DNA from: Perkinsus chesapeaki ATCC PRA-425
Lineage: Eukaryota; Protista; Perkinsozoa
Direction of reading: 5' to 3'
Assembly: GCA_013115145.1 (NCBI GenBank)
Contig: JAAPAO010000271.1
Location: forward strand, 1-44,309
Length of the DNA stretch: 44,309 nt
Part shown: positions 1 to 10,261 of the stretch, one piece after another
How the letters are laid out: each line of letters opens with the position of its first letter
Numbering within the stretch: position 1 is the stretch's first letter
Made by a program: the position numbers and the translations under genes
Notes under the pieces: generated by a model
The model's database searches: none
What the model was told of the DNA's origin: nothing
What the model saw: the letters and a program-made list of their open reading frames with translations, nothing else

Positions 1-725
1 CTTTTAACAACTTCATCAACCTTGGCACGGTTTGTTTCACGGCGAAGGAATGCATATTCATGTGATGCTCCAGTTGTATTCCGCACAGCATTAGTCTTAA
101 CGATTCCGATAGTTCTCGGTTCACGTGCTTCAGTATAGACGGGAGCAAAGATCACATTCCCACTACTCTCAAGTGTCTTATAACCCATTTCAGTCGTAGA
201 ACTGCGATCAAGCCGTCCCCAATAACCGTTGTCTTGCACCCACAAAACCCCACTCTCGTCTTTCGGATTCAACACAGTTATTTTCGGTTTGTTACTGGAC
301 GTCACTCTGTCTTGCTTCGCCTCAGCTTTCGTGAACTTCTTCCAGTGTTCACAATTGTCTTCTAAGGCCTTGATGCGTTCCGTCGGATATGTGATGCTAT
401 CGACGATGAGGTTCCTTTCATGATCGAAAACGAACTCATTATCTTTATTAGCTTGGTTCGTATAATAAAAACAATTAGAACTCTCAGCCTTGTACTTGTA
501 ACCACCAATGTGGCTGACCTTGCAATTTGTAGTACTACGATCCTTGGGGCGATGCAATAGTAGCCTATCAATTGGGGCATCAGTCGCATCACCCGGGGGC
601 GGGGCAACTGCACATAAAACAGGACTAGTAGTGCTCATAATATGGCACCATAGTGTTTCCTCAAAGGAGGCACTACTACAATACAAAGAGAACACCAAAC
701 CAGCCACAGTACGCGTGAGGGTCAT
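1..725 (-). CDS. Secreted Cys-containing family, paralog 1 (intronless; 3' end runs off the window)
   Basis: Manual translation from ATG at 725 is open to the window edge (~241 codons): MTLTRTVAGLVFSLYCSSASFEETLWCHIMSTTSPVLCAV...RLLLHRPKDRSTTNC...SSNCFYY. It has a hydrophobic leader and the same ETxxC-x~10-LCxV...LLLH...C...C pattern as 8242 and 9443. Confidence 0.8.
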   Translation of the reverse strand, partial: MTLTRTVAGLVFSLYCSSASFEETLWCHIMSTTSPVLCAVAPPPGDATDAPIDRLLLHRPKDRSTTNCKVSHIGGYKYKAESSNCFYYTNQANKDNEFVFDHERNLIVDSITYPTERIKALEDNCEHWKKFTKAEAKQDRVTSSNKPKITVLNPKDESGVLWVQDNGYWGRLDRSSTTEMGYKTLESSGNVIFAPVYTEAREPRTIGIVKTNAVRNTTGASHEYAFLRRETNRAKVDEVVK

Positions 726-1077
726 GAAGGAAGTGACCGAAACTGAGGCGAAGTGAAATCGTTCGTAGAAGTGATCTTCTGCCGAAACGAGTGATACACC
801 GAGGCCCAAGACAATGTCGAACACAAAACGCGTTAAATAAGAAAGAAAGCCTTTATATGAATCTCACTATCAAGACAGGTAGCGTATGTACATATTTGAT
901 AAATTATGTAATAACGATCCGGTGGATCAACATACAGCCATCATAGGTGTCATGTTAAGCCTTTGGGTAATATGATAAAGTCATCTCACGTTATTTAGGT
1001 TTACCTCGAAACATGAGTATCTCATTGATGGGAGCCATTATGGAAGGGGTCATAATGCTACCTCATGAAACCATATA

Positions 1078-1111
1078 AAAATACGACCTGACACTTGTCT
1101 GGTCGTATTTT
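1078..1111. other. Intergenic hairpin / inverted repeat
   Basis: AAAATACGACC-T-GAC-ACTT-GTC-T-GGTCGTATTTT: 11-bp perfect arms plus 3 inner bp. A further TACGACCTG copy lies at 1119-1127. Confidence 0.6.
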
Positions 1112-1829
1112 ACGTCACTACGACCTGTCTGAAAATAACATTATTCTCATAAATGTTAATGAGAAGGATTTCACACTCTTCTACTGAAGCGGATGACACA
1201 GGTTCTTGACACACACACTTCCAACGGTCTTGCATCGATATCATCAAGGCAACTTTTAGTCTGGTAAAGCAGTTTTGGCTCATGAAGGACATCGGCGGCG
1301 GGAACATGGCATGCAAAGTCGTCCCTGAAGCCAGAGACAAGTGCCAAGATAGAGTTTACCCTCAGTAAAGCCAAAATACGCATTTGAGAAACGAGCTGTC
1401 AAGAATCTTCTTAATCCTGTTGAATTGTTAAACATACCAATGTAGAGTACTATGATGAGCCAATGTAAGCGTAAAGGTTAAAAAATCACTTCGGAAAATA
1501 ATAGTTCCATTGGAGGCTCGAATGAGAGCGAGACGGGAGAGCGGGAATCGAATAAGTGTAGGCCATGATTCAATTAGCAAAGTAATTAGCCAAAAAGGTT
1601 GCCGTATAATAGTGTATCGTTCCCCTTTCACCATGGTTCTACGCTGTCACGTTCACCTCACCTGGAACGGAGAGAATATTCTAACATGCGCTGTTAGTGC
1701 AATTATCATGCATTTTATCGCCCGGCGTCGGCGACGGCGCAGAACTGGAAAACTGGAAAGCGTTCCACACTTGATAAAGTATATCTTATGCTTTGCTCCT
1801 TAGTATGAGCGAATGAACCTGAAATACGT

Positions 1830-2657
1830 TACTTCGCTCACAGATCTGTCCTTGGTTGTGGGACTTATGCTAGATTAAGGGTTGTGTACGTAGGATGACA
1901 TAAAGGGGATCTCATGATGAAATTATTGATTTCACCAGCGACGATATGAATCGGCCTGTTGAAGAAATCGTTGTAAATAGCCGAAGACGCGTTATCATTA
2001 CAGCATTTATTAATGAAGTATGTCATATTCTCTTTCTACTCCTGATCTAGTTACCTCACCTTACTCTGAGATACATCCTATAGTGGGAGACCACGGCTCT
2101 GGACCACCCTTTAAAAGCGACCACCATGCTGCCGGCGCCGATGACGCCCTTGCCGATAATAAGCAAGAAAAGGGTCTTGAAGAGGTGTTTAGAATACGAC
2201 CTTCTGACCCCTTGAACGTCAATATAGATGATCTTGAGTAATACAGGTTCACCTTATCTACCGGAACTTGCTGCTGCTCAGATATCTCACCGAGATGCTT
2301 TGGAGCCCTAAGCTTATTATAGACCTCGACGGTGCACAGATTCGGCACAGTGACCTACTAAGGCTTGTAAGCCCTCTTATTGGTCATTATTAAACCTATT
2401 ATCATCAGATCAAGGGTTGGGCCTCACTGATGCTCAAAACGGGGACAGCTGCCAAAGAAATAATTCTCACATCACTTGGACAAGGTATATCATCGCTTCA
2501 GCAAGTGAGTCTCAATAACCCTTATCATCTCCCATTACATCCGGTTCAGTTTGAGAATGTATATACATTATACAATGAGACAGTCTCTGCTGCTGCTGTT
2601 GCGGCTGGCAAGGCCGAGTCATCTCGCTTGTTATGCCAGACCATCTTTATAGAGTAA
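1830..2657 (+). CDS. Hypothetical spliced protein (5' end uncertain)
   Basis: Exon-like frames joined by GT-AG introns: HDEIIDFTSDDMNRPVEEIVV..., LIYRNLLLLRYLTEMLWSPKLIIDLDGAQIRHSDLLRL|gtaagc, IKGWASLMLKTG...SLQQ|gtgagt, FENVYTLYNE...CQTIFIE*. No recognised domain. Confidence 0.4.
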
Positions 2658-2666
2658 GTTGATATT

Positions 2667-3024
2667 TTACCGCCTGTCCCAGTTGAAATTTTGAGTAACT
2701 TCCCAAGGTGAAAATTGTTGCACCAACTCTTGGGGGGCTTTCTCATAACCTTTATCGAGCTCTCTTTTGTTCCGCTCATTTTCGGACAGGTCTGACCTCT
2801 CTTTTGTAACTTTACAAGTTGAGGGAAGTTTCTAGTTTGCACCATAACAAATATCGTACGATTAGGAAATCCTTAAGAGTTCTCGAGCGCCATCCGCGTC
2901 GCTGAAATATTCGCCTGCTGAATGCGTTGTTTAAAAAAGCACATTTTTCTGTATAATCATCCTGTGTGTGCCCAGCCTTTCCGTAAAACCGCCTCCACCG
3001 GGTGTGGCGTTCTGCCGAGTCCAT
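2667..3024 (-). CDS. Small hypothetical protein (~110 aa, probably 2 exons)
   Basis: MDSAERHTRWRRFYGK...KDFLI|gtacga..ctag|KLPSTCKVTKERSDLSENERNKRELDKGYEKAPQELVQQFSPWEVTQNFNWDRR*. The splice is in frame; no homology recognised. Confidence 0.4.
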
Positions 3025-3154
3025 AGGCGGACATCGAATGTTAACAGCGAGGACGTGCATTGCATTCCTTTTCCCTTCACGGGAATCTTTCCTATCCTTT
3101 CATGCCGTGCTTGACCACCTTCCTAGTTGGTCTATCGAAGGGTCCCTCCCTTTG

Positions 3155-5307
3155 ATGGATAGTTCTCAACCTTCCGTTCCCGACGCACCCTGCTGCTGCT
3201 GTTGCTCAGATTTCCAGGTGTGCAAGAGTCCTCTACTGACGTTGCTTTACAGTATCTTGGCATGGCCAATGAAGTGGTTATTCCCAATGAGAGCTTACAT
3301 GGCTTGATAGTTCTCTCTAGACCATCTCTGCGAATCTTCCAAGATGCACCAATGTCGATGCGTGCAAGATACGCCGGGCTCAAGCAGACTATTAAAGCTT
3401 GTCCTAAATCTAAGGATGCGGATGGCTCCGGAAAGCGGTCTCCCGGGGGGTTCATCAAATGCGACTCCTGCGGCAAAAGACGGCTCGTCGACTCCCTGAC
3501 AATTTCCCTACTCTCCCGAGTGGATTGCAGATTCACCTGCGGCATGCTGGAGGACACTAGTTGTACGGAGCCAGATGAATGGCAAGGGAAGTTCACTTTA
3601 ACTTTATCGGCGGGCTCGGAGGGCACTAGCGGAGGGCAACCTGAAGCACCTTTGAAGGCTACAAAGAAAAATACGAAGCGAACTGCAAGTGACGCGGAGC
3701 TCGGGACTCGGGACCAAGGGAAGCCTGGAAGAAAGAAACGGAATAAAGATACGGAGAATACTGGAAGAACTGCGAATGGCAGTATTGCTCCAAATAAAGG
3801 GGACAACTCGGAAGGCAGTACGAAAAGTGAAATGACGATAGAGGGCGCTGCTGCTGCTTCTCCCAAAGGAAAGCGCCGGAGAAGGTCCAGTATTGATAGC
3901 AAGGCTGCCGACACCTTAACAACAACGGAGGGCACTGTCAATGAGAATAAACCTAATAAAGCGCCCACGGCAAAGACAAAGAAGAATGGGGAAGCTGGAT
4001 GGTTTAGGGTGGGTAGTGGGTGGCCTGGTGAAGGACAGATGAGAGCTATTATTGATGTTTTTCAGTGTAATAGATGTCGCAAATGGAGGAGGGTTCATGT
4101 CGATGACATGCCTACTATAGAGGGTAAAAGCACCTTCATCTGCTCGGATTTATATCAAGGGGCGTGTGATAAGCCTGATGACTGGGCACAGGCTCGAAGA
4201 GTAAGGACTCAAAGGCACGACGACCATCATCATAGACCTCTCATCTGTAGGAGTTGCTCTATGCGAATCCCCAAAGAAATGAAGGAAGGAAGGTACCATC
4301 ACAGCATCATCCTGGACACTTACATGTCATCTAGCAGAGCCGGTCGAGAAGTCGTCGAGGTTCCTTAAAGAGCCCCAAAGGTAAAGGAGCTGATGCGCTG
4401 CAGGCAGCGATGCATACTGATGTAATATTCGATAACATATCTTCATTGATTATTCATCAGTCTCAGCCTTCCGCCGGGCTCGCGTCGATATCGCAGCCTC
4501 CGCCTCGGCTTCGGTATGCTGCTGCCGAATACGAGCCGCCACCGCCAAGCAAGACAAGGAGGACGCTCAATCCGCCTGAGGTCGATGAAGCACTGAATCG
4601 ATTGATGGCAGATGATGAAGGGAAGATTACTATGCTTTATATAGGAGAGAAGGCAGTTGACGGAGGGGAAGGGAAAGAAGATACTGTCTTTATACCAGAG
4701 AAGGTGAGAGATTAAGTGTCAAGTGCCGGGTTCGAACCTGCGTCTCTTGTCCTCAGGTCCTTGGCGATGAGGCTTCGATACGAACATTTCTATACGCTTT
4801 AAGAGGAGCAAGGAACTTCTTAAGGTGCAGTCGTTATCGCCCCGTCTTTTCATGTGCCATGCAGATACATACGATTCCCAGAATCCCCGACCTCGCCCTT
4901 CACCGATGCATTCACTCAAGAACATCTTGATATGTTCGCTGACATACCTGTTAGGTGGAAAAGTATAACTCACATTGACTTTGGAGCTTTGGGCTGCGCC
5001 GGCAATAACGGCAACAAGAGCAAAATGAACATATTGTATTATTGGCCCTTTGCAGGCTTTTATACTATTTTCCGTCTTAGACGCCCCATTCTCCGTATGA
5101 TGGGCAATTCAGGACTTACTCATATCAATGTTGACACTACCAACTGCACCGATAAAGTACCCTGATGGATACTGTTGAGGGCTGCTTAGAGCTTAATTGT
5201 GTCAGGCTTTGCAATTGCTACAAGAGAAAACTGCACGCAATCGTGAAAAGTATTGGAAAGGCTTCGAACAAGACCTTAGCGATTTCACGGAGGCAACTAA
5301 GAAGTGA
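3155..5307 (+). CDS. Tandem CW-type zinc finger protein (multi-exon)
   Basis: Two zf-CW-like motifs: FIKCDSCGKRRLV...FTCGMLEDTSCTEPDEW and VFQCNRCRKWRRV...FICSDLYQGACDKPDDW, separated by a K/R/S-rich linker. Exon 1 MDSSQPSVPDAPCCCCCSDFQ splices in frame into ORF 3202. Further exons run to ...FEQDLSDFTEATKK* at 5307. Confidence 0.8.
4717..4746 (-). other. tRNA 3'-half-like fragment, antisense within a 53-nt intron (4704-4756)
   Basis: GAGAC GCAGG TTCGAAC CCGGC ACTTGAC A: T-arm with 4/5 pairs, canonical T-loop, 7 nt plus discriminator. No D or anticodon arm. Confidence 0.35.
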
Positions 5308-5580
5308 TGACCAAATCTGAGAATTCTTGGGACGTCTCGCTCATTGTTACAGGTTCACTCCGAACTGGTCTTCTGAAGGGTGAATGAGCAAAATGCACGT
5401 GGCTGTATCATTTTTAATCTTATTAATATCAATTATGATGCTTCTAGACTTCATTATATTTTCTAAACTATAAAGTCGCTTTGCCTTGTCACATAGTTGG
5501 GTCGATTCACTTGAAGAGCAGTACTGATCAGCACGAAGCACCGCTCAGGAAAGTTAATACTGTCATTATTACACGACAAG

Positions 5581-6754
5581 ATGTCCCGAAGTGCAAAACT
5601 CGAAAGGAGTTGTAGCGAATCAAGCCTAACACGGAGCAAAAGATCAAGTTTGAGAAAAGGTTCGTTGGAACATCCAGCCCTGTGGAGCTCCTCACCGTCA
5701 GAGCCAGGGATTCCTAAAAGCAGAAGTCTCAGCGAAATAGCACCTCTGCAGCAACGACCATCTCACCTGAGAGCCTCCCCGGCTTATAGTTTTGGTGCAC
5801 CGCGGCACGGAACTGGAAAGTTCAAAGTGAATCCTCAATGAGAAGCTTGACTTAGAGTATCCAGGTACCATATCCTTTAGCATACTCAAGAGCATCATAT
5901 GTCGAAACGCTGCATAGTGTCGTAGGCTGATGAAATCGCATAGCGTATAAGATACCCCTGTCACAGGCATGCAACATACCTGGACCTGGCGCATACGAGC
6001 GGGCTACGGCCATTGGCTTGGAAGATTCTCAGATCGATAAGGTCGCTTCCCGATTTAGGTTAGGACACTTGAGAGGCTCCACACATGCTTTCTGAATAGT
6101 TTCGGTAACTCCCGACTGCCGCGATTTTATCATCAATCCAGACGACATTCCCTTCTGTACCATTGCCAAGCGTACGTCTTTTACTGGCAAGTATGTATGT
6201 ATTCTAAGATGGCAGATATCCCATGGGACAAGACACGTCAGCCGAGGGTCCTGGTGTTGGCCATTACTTCGGCGGTGACAAGCATCTGCCGGTCCAGTGC
6301 AAGACATCACCAGCATATTCGCTGGGTGATCGACGAATCAATTACCATATGAATTGTAAGGGTTACTGGTGGCGGCCAACCCCAGGCGCCAACGCCTACA
6401 ATGTTGAAGACAAACGGTAAGATAAACCACTCGACTCCAAGTGCAGTATTAATCATTTCGCGTTGTATTAATCGATGCCCTTGTGGATGCCTTAGCAGAA
6501 TCCTTTCTTCTCAATGGAGCTAACTCAGTTACTTAGAAGACTTCAATAATCTTCTGAAGTCACCCTCCTTTACTATTGGCAAAGAAAAGGGGCGAGAAAA
6601 AGCTGAAGCGTTGATCAATAGCACTGCTACTAATGCTGATGTTGGGCCTGGAAAGTATGACATTTTGCCTATCTCCCCCTCCGAATTCATTCTACTCCTC
6701 AGGTACACCCAAGCGACGTCCCTCATAGCTGCTTCGGGCGGCAAGTCTTACTAG
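5581..6754 (+). CDS. ODF3/SHIPPO-repeat (STPG-type) axonemal protein
   Basis: Repeated motifs across exons: SPAYSFG, IPGPGAYE, GPGVGHY, TSPAYSLG, PTPGANAY, KSPSFTIG, VGPGKY. Last exon ...TSLIAASGGKSY* ends at 6754. Confidence 0.75.
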
Positions 6755-6838
6755 CAATTTGATTTGTATGTTTGTTGTTTTGTTGTGGACTATCTATATC
6801 TCTTGAACCCCTCAATTGATCCCAAGTATTTCGTTATT

Positions 6839-7648
6839 ATGTCCCGTCTCCTGCGCTCGCTTATCTGCATCACAATTCTATGTCATCACGGTGAAGCACA
6901 TAGATATCGGCTGTATTGCAGTTCTTTCATTAAAGACCCGACCTTCTGTGTTGTCGAAGAACCGGATCTACTTGGTCATTGGAAAGCCACGCATCTCGTA
7001 TATCATCGGGCAGAGGTCGTACTGAACATCGCTACGGAGAAGGCGGTTACGAACCAGCGAAGAGCAAAAGTCCGAGATGAGCACGATTTTGCCTCTCTCG
7101 CACCTGAACAGAAGTCTCGATTCCGCAGCGCCACATGCTCGGTAAAACATGACGAAGAGACATCGACCGCGAGACTAAACGACTACTATGTGTGGATGCT
7201 CGATTTGCTTACGAATATCCGTAGAACAGTCACATTGAATAAACTAAGCAACTCGCAAAGTTACGCATTCGAACCCCTCCCTGGTAAAAGAATGATACTT
7301 AAGCTGATGAAAGCCGTTATTCCAACGAATGAAAACATAGGGTTTGTGAGCCATAAGCCGGATATTGAAGCATTGGCCAAACCACGCATAATGAGTGGGA
7401 GAGTGATCGTCACAGAAGGTCGAGCGAAACAAGATCAGTACGCCGTAGCAAGCAGAGAAGTGAAGTTCCATGGCTCCTGGTCCCCGCAGAGCCTTAATTA
7501 CCACCTTGAATTTATTGATCCTCATTCAAGCTCTACCGAAGGAGCGGCATATTTATATACTGTCAGTGGAACACCACTCGAGAAAGAATATGTCGTGATC
7601 CTGGAGCGCGATATGAGATTCAATGTCTTACGACAGACCGACAGGTAG
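6839..7648 (+). CDS. Secreted Cys-containing family, divergent paralog 2 (intronless)
   Basis: Likely start MSRLLRSLICITILCHHGEA (signal peptide), then LYCSSFIKDPTFCVVE...LVYH. The C-terminus (GAAYLYTV...EYVVILERDMRFNVLRQ) parallels SGYAFFV...EAVLIVRWNNMGIILRQ of 8242. Confidence 0.75.
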   Translation: MSRLLRSLICITILCHHGEAHRYRLYCSSFIKDPTFCVVEEPDLLGHWKATHLVYHRAEVVLNIATEKAVTNQRRAKVRDEHDFASLAPEQKSRFRSATCSVKHDEETSTARLNDYYVWMLDLLTNIRRTVTLNKLSNSQSYAFEPLPGKRMILKLMKAVIPTNENIGFVSHKPDIEALAKPRIMSGRVIVTEGRAKQDQYAVASREVKFHGSWSPQSLNYHLEFIDPHSSSTEGAAYLYTVSGTPLEKEYVVILERDMRFNVLRQTDR

Positions 7649-8241
7649 GCCCCTAAGTTTCATTTCGGAATGAAGTGGATTTTGTTCTCTTCAGTAAATT
7701 TGGCGAACAGTACGGCTGGGAGATGCAAGCACAAGGAGGCTCGACCTCTGCAACGGCTCTGCTAATATATTTTGCTCAGACTGCAAAGTGATGATTTTGC
7801 GTCTCCTCCAACAGTCGAAGATGTCGTTGCAGCGAGCAAGTAGGTTTGTAACTTACATAGTGACCTAACGCCTTCCTTCGTTCCTTCCGTTATTATATCT
7901 TTCCTTAGCGGGAGTGGCACTGAGCATGACGAGTCCATAAGCAATGAGTCTTGGGAATTTATGTATGCCCAATACGAAGATTTACAATTGCTATGTTCGC
8001 CTAATTTGTGTTAGGACGTCAGATGACCTACACCAGCACTGAGACATCACCGAAGAAGATTATTAACTCTTACACAGTGCATCGCTGTATCTCTCTCGCT
8101 GTCCGACCGCCTGTATGTTGTTATGAAATGCCATCACTAAAAGTTGTGTTTTGACCATCATCTCGGGAAAGGATTATCGTCGGTCCTCTTCCAGGTTATC
8201 TCGTCTATCGGTTTGGATATATCAGTTTCGTGTGAGCTTCA

Positions 8242-9093
8242 ATGCCTGTACGTCTCCTCGGCGCCACTTTTTTGCTTTCCCATCTCTCGAAAGCATCTTG
8301 CAGTATAAGTGATGAAACTTTCTATTGCAGCACTCTCGAGAGAGAAGAGGTTCTTTGTACGGTAGAAGGTCCGCGTGGATTGAGGCGGATGAGGCGTGCA
8401 CGTCCCGGTTCAGTGTTGCCCAAGCAGTATTTATTACTCCATTGGCCATCAAAGGAGGTTAATGGCATTTCTCTGAAGTCGAAGATGTGTCCCCTGAGGT
8501 ACTCGGTTTTCAATGGTATAGCGGAGCTCACCGATGCATGCATCTTCGGCAAACTTTTGATAAAGACCGGTCCTGGCCCGCTTCAATTGGTGAAACAACA
8601 TGGACAGTATCACTACATATTTAACAGAACATTATTTCCGAACGAGCTTTCTGACGACACCACTTACCATCCAGGAGAGGAGTTCGGCTCTGTGCTGTTG
8701 ACGAAGCTAAACCCCGCCCCTCCGCCATGGCATTGTCATTTGAACGAATACGAGTATGTTAGTGACGATCCGCTGCTTATCATGTACTTCCGATCGAGAC
8801 GAGTTAATGAGCTTGCTGATTGTTCTGTCATAGATGGAAGTATGCATGTTTCGACCGACGATGAGCGCACAATGTTTATGCCCCCTTCAACCAGCGCTAT
8901 CGTGGGGAAGTATGACGAACGTATTAAAGCATTCAACCTAACGCAGAGTCGAGGTGGAAGCGGTTACGCTTTCTTTGTTGAAGGAAAGAACTCGAATGGG
9001 AAAATAGATCTTACCAGGGAAGCTGTCCTCATAGTCCGCTGGAATAATATGGGGATAATATTACGGCAGAGAAAAAGAAAGCAACAGCCCTGA
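8242..9093 (+). CDS. Secreted Cys-containing family, paralog 3 (intronless, 283 aa)
   Basis: Signal peptide-like N-terminus; SCSISDETFYCST..LCTVEGPR, YEYVSDDPLL, ADCSVIDG and SGYAFFV align with 9443. Confidence 0.85.
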   Translation: MPVRLLGATFLLSHLSKASCSISDETFYCSTLEREEVLCTVEGPRGLRRMRRARPGSVLPKQYLLLHWPSKEVNGISLKSKMCPLRYSVFNGIAELTDACIFGKLLIKTGPGPLQLVKQHGQYHYIFNRTLFPNELSDDTTYHPGEEFGSVLLTKLNPAPPPWHCHLNEYEYVSDDPLLIMYFRSRRVNELADCSVIDGSMHVSTDDERTMFMPPSTSAIVGKYDERIKAFNLTQSRGGSGYAFFVEGKNSNGKIDLTREAVLIVRWNNMGIILRQRKRKQQP

Positions 9094-9442
9094 GAACCTA
9101 CAAGTGAGAGTGCCGCTGTTGTATCCAATCACAACCGTGTGTGGAGGATAGTTGGGTTTTTTATGACGATGTTGTTGTTGTTATCGCTGTTGTTAATTTC
9201 GTATTGGACTTGAGTTACTATGTAGGTGGGCTTGGCCTCTGCTTGTAACCTCGCCTCAGCCTCGATATTTCCAACCTACGCAGGTGGGATATGCCAAGTG
9301 TTCAAAGCAAAGGTGTGTATGTAATTACGACGTTCGGTGTTGTGTCGTGTTTGTCTGCCGATGAGCATCTCTCTCGTTGAGGACGGCTCATCAACCAGTT
9401 GATTTATTTTTTCGATCAAAAGGCGTTTGTTAACCTTCTTCA

Positions 9443-10261
9443 ATGAAGCTTACTATGTCTGCACTTCGCTTTGGTATCCTATATTCCCTCCACATCCTAT
9501 CAAAAGTCTCTTGCAGTATACTGGGGGAGACATTCTACTGCAGCACTTTTGAACCAGAGACGAGCCTTTGCATGATAGAAGGTCCGCGTAGCCACCACCT
9601 GCTGCTACATCAGTCAAAGCCCGAGGGCCCTATCGATTCAGAGATGTGTCGAGGTCAATACTCGTTAAAAGAGCGTGAGATGAAGCTCATCAAAGACTGC
9701 GAGTTTGAGGATCTTCTGACTAAGTTCGGTTCTGGTTCGATCAAGATAGAAAAACGGCTTGAGGAGTACAGGTACACTTTCGGCAAGACCACACTCCTAG
9801 ATGAGATTGCCGATAGAATCACTCGTTATGAGCGGAAGGAGATAGGCCCTCTGATCCTCTCAAGGCTTGATCCAACTTCTCCTCCGTCCTTCTGCGATAC
9901 GAACAAGTACGAGTTTGTCAGCGACTCTCCGCTACTCAGCATGAACTTCTTTTTTGATAAGGACGATAAGATCGCTGATTGTTCTGTAATAGAAGGGACT
10001 CTCCAACTTCCGCCGGTCGGAAAGCACTCGAAGACCTTGGCTACGTCTACTGCCACCATCACCACTATCGTGGGGAACTGGGTAGATCGGACTAAGGCAT
10101 TCGTACTCACTCAAGGACAGGGGTCAAGTGGTTATGCTTTCTTCGTTCAAATACCGAAGACAGGAGACCCGGGTATCGAGGCTGTATTGATAGTTCACTG
10201 GAAGGACATGCGAATGATTTTGAGGCAGAAGGAAAGGAGGCAACAGGACGCCACCGCTTAA
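9443..10261 (+). CDS. Secreted Cys-containing family, paralog 4 (intronless, 272 aa)
   Basis: Tandem paralog of 8242: SCSILGETFYCST..LCMIEGPR, YEFVSDSPLL, ADCSVIEG, SGYAFFV, EAVLIVHW..MILRQ. Confidence 0.85.
   Translation: MKLTMSALRFGILYSLHILSKVSCSILGETFYCSTFEPETSLCMIEGPRSHHLLLHQSKPEGPIDSEMCRGQYSLKEREMKLIKDCEFEDLLTKFGSGSIKIEKRLEEYRYTFGKTTLLDEIADRITRYERKEIGPLILSRLDPTSPPSFCDTNKYEFVSDSPLLSMNFFFDKDDKIADCSVIEGTLQLPPVGKHSKTLATSTATITTIVGNWVDRTKAFVLTQGQGSSGYAFFVQIPKTGDPGIEAVLIVHWKDMRMILRQKERRQQDATA

Noticed and set aside
1273-1282. Relic spliced leader (TTTTGGCTCA)
   Set aside because: Only 10 nt match, the CCGTAGCCA part is missing, and it is not at a gene 5' end.
780-1640. Degenerate transposon or pseudogene ORFs
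   Set aside because: Short ORFs in several frames show no DDE, RT (YxDD) or family motif and no terminal repeats with target-site duplications.
1840-1885. Kinase Gly-loop-like VLGCGTYARLRV
   Set aside because: No VAIK, HRD or DFG motifs downstream.
2950-3010. PIG-C/GPI2-like N-terminus (WRRFYG..QDDYTE..FL)
   Set aside because: Similarity is weak and no transmembrane segments follow.
3132-3968. Long antisense ORFs (also 22764-23249, 35772-36311, 41566-42102)
   Set aside because: They are shadows of well-supported genes on the opposite strand, with low-complexity composition.
7650-8240. Small spliced gene between paralogs 2 and 3
   Set aside because: Some donor/acceptor-like sites exist, but no consistent reading frame could be assembled.
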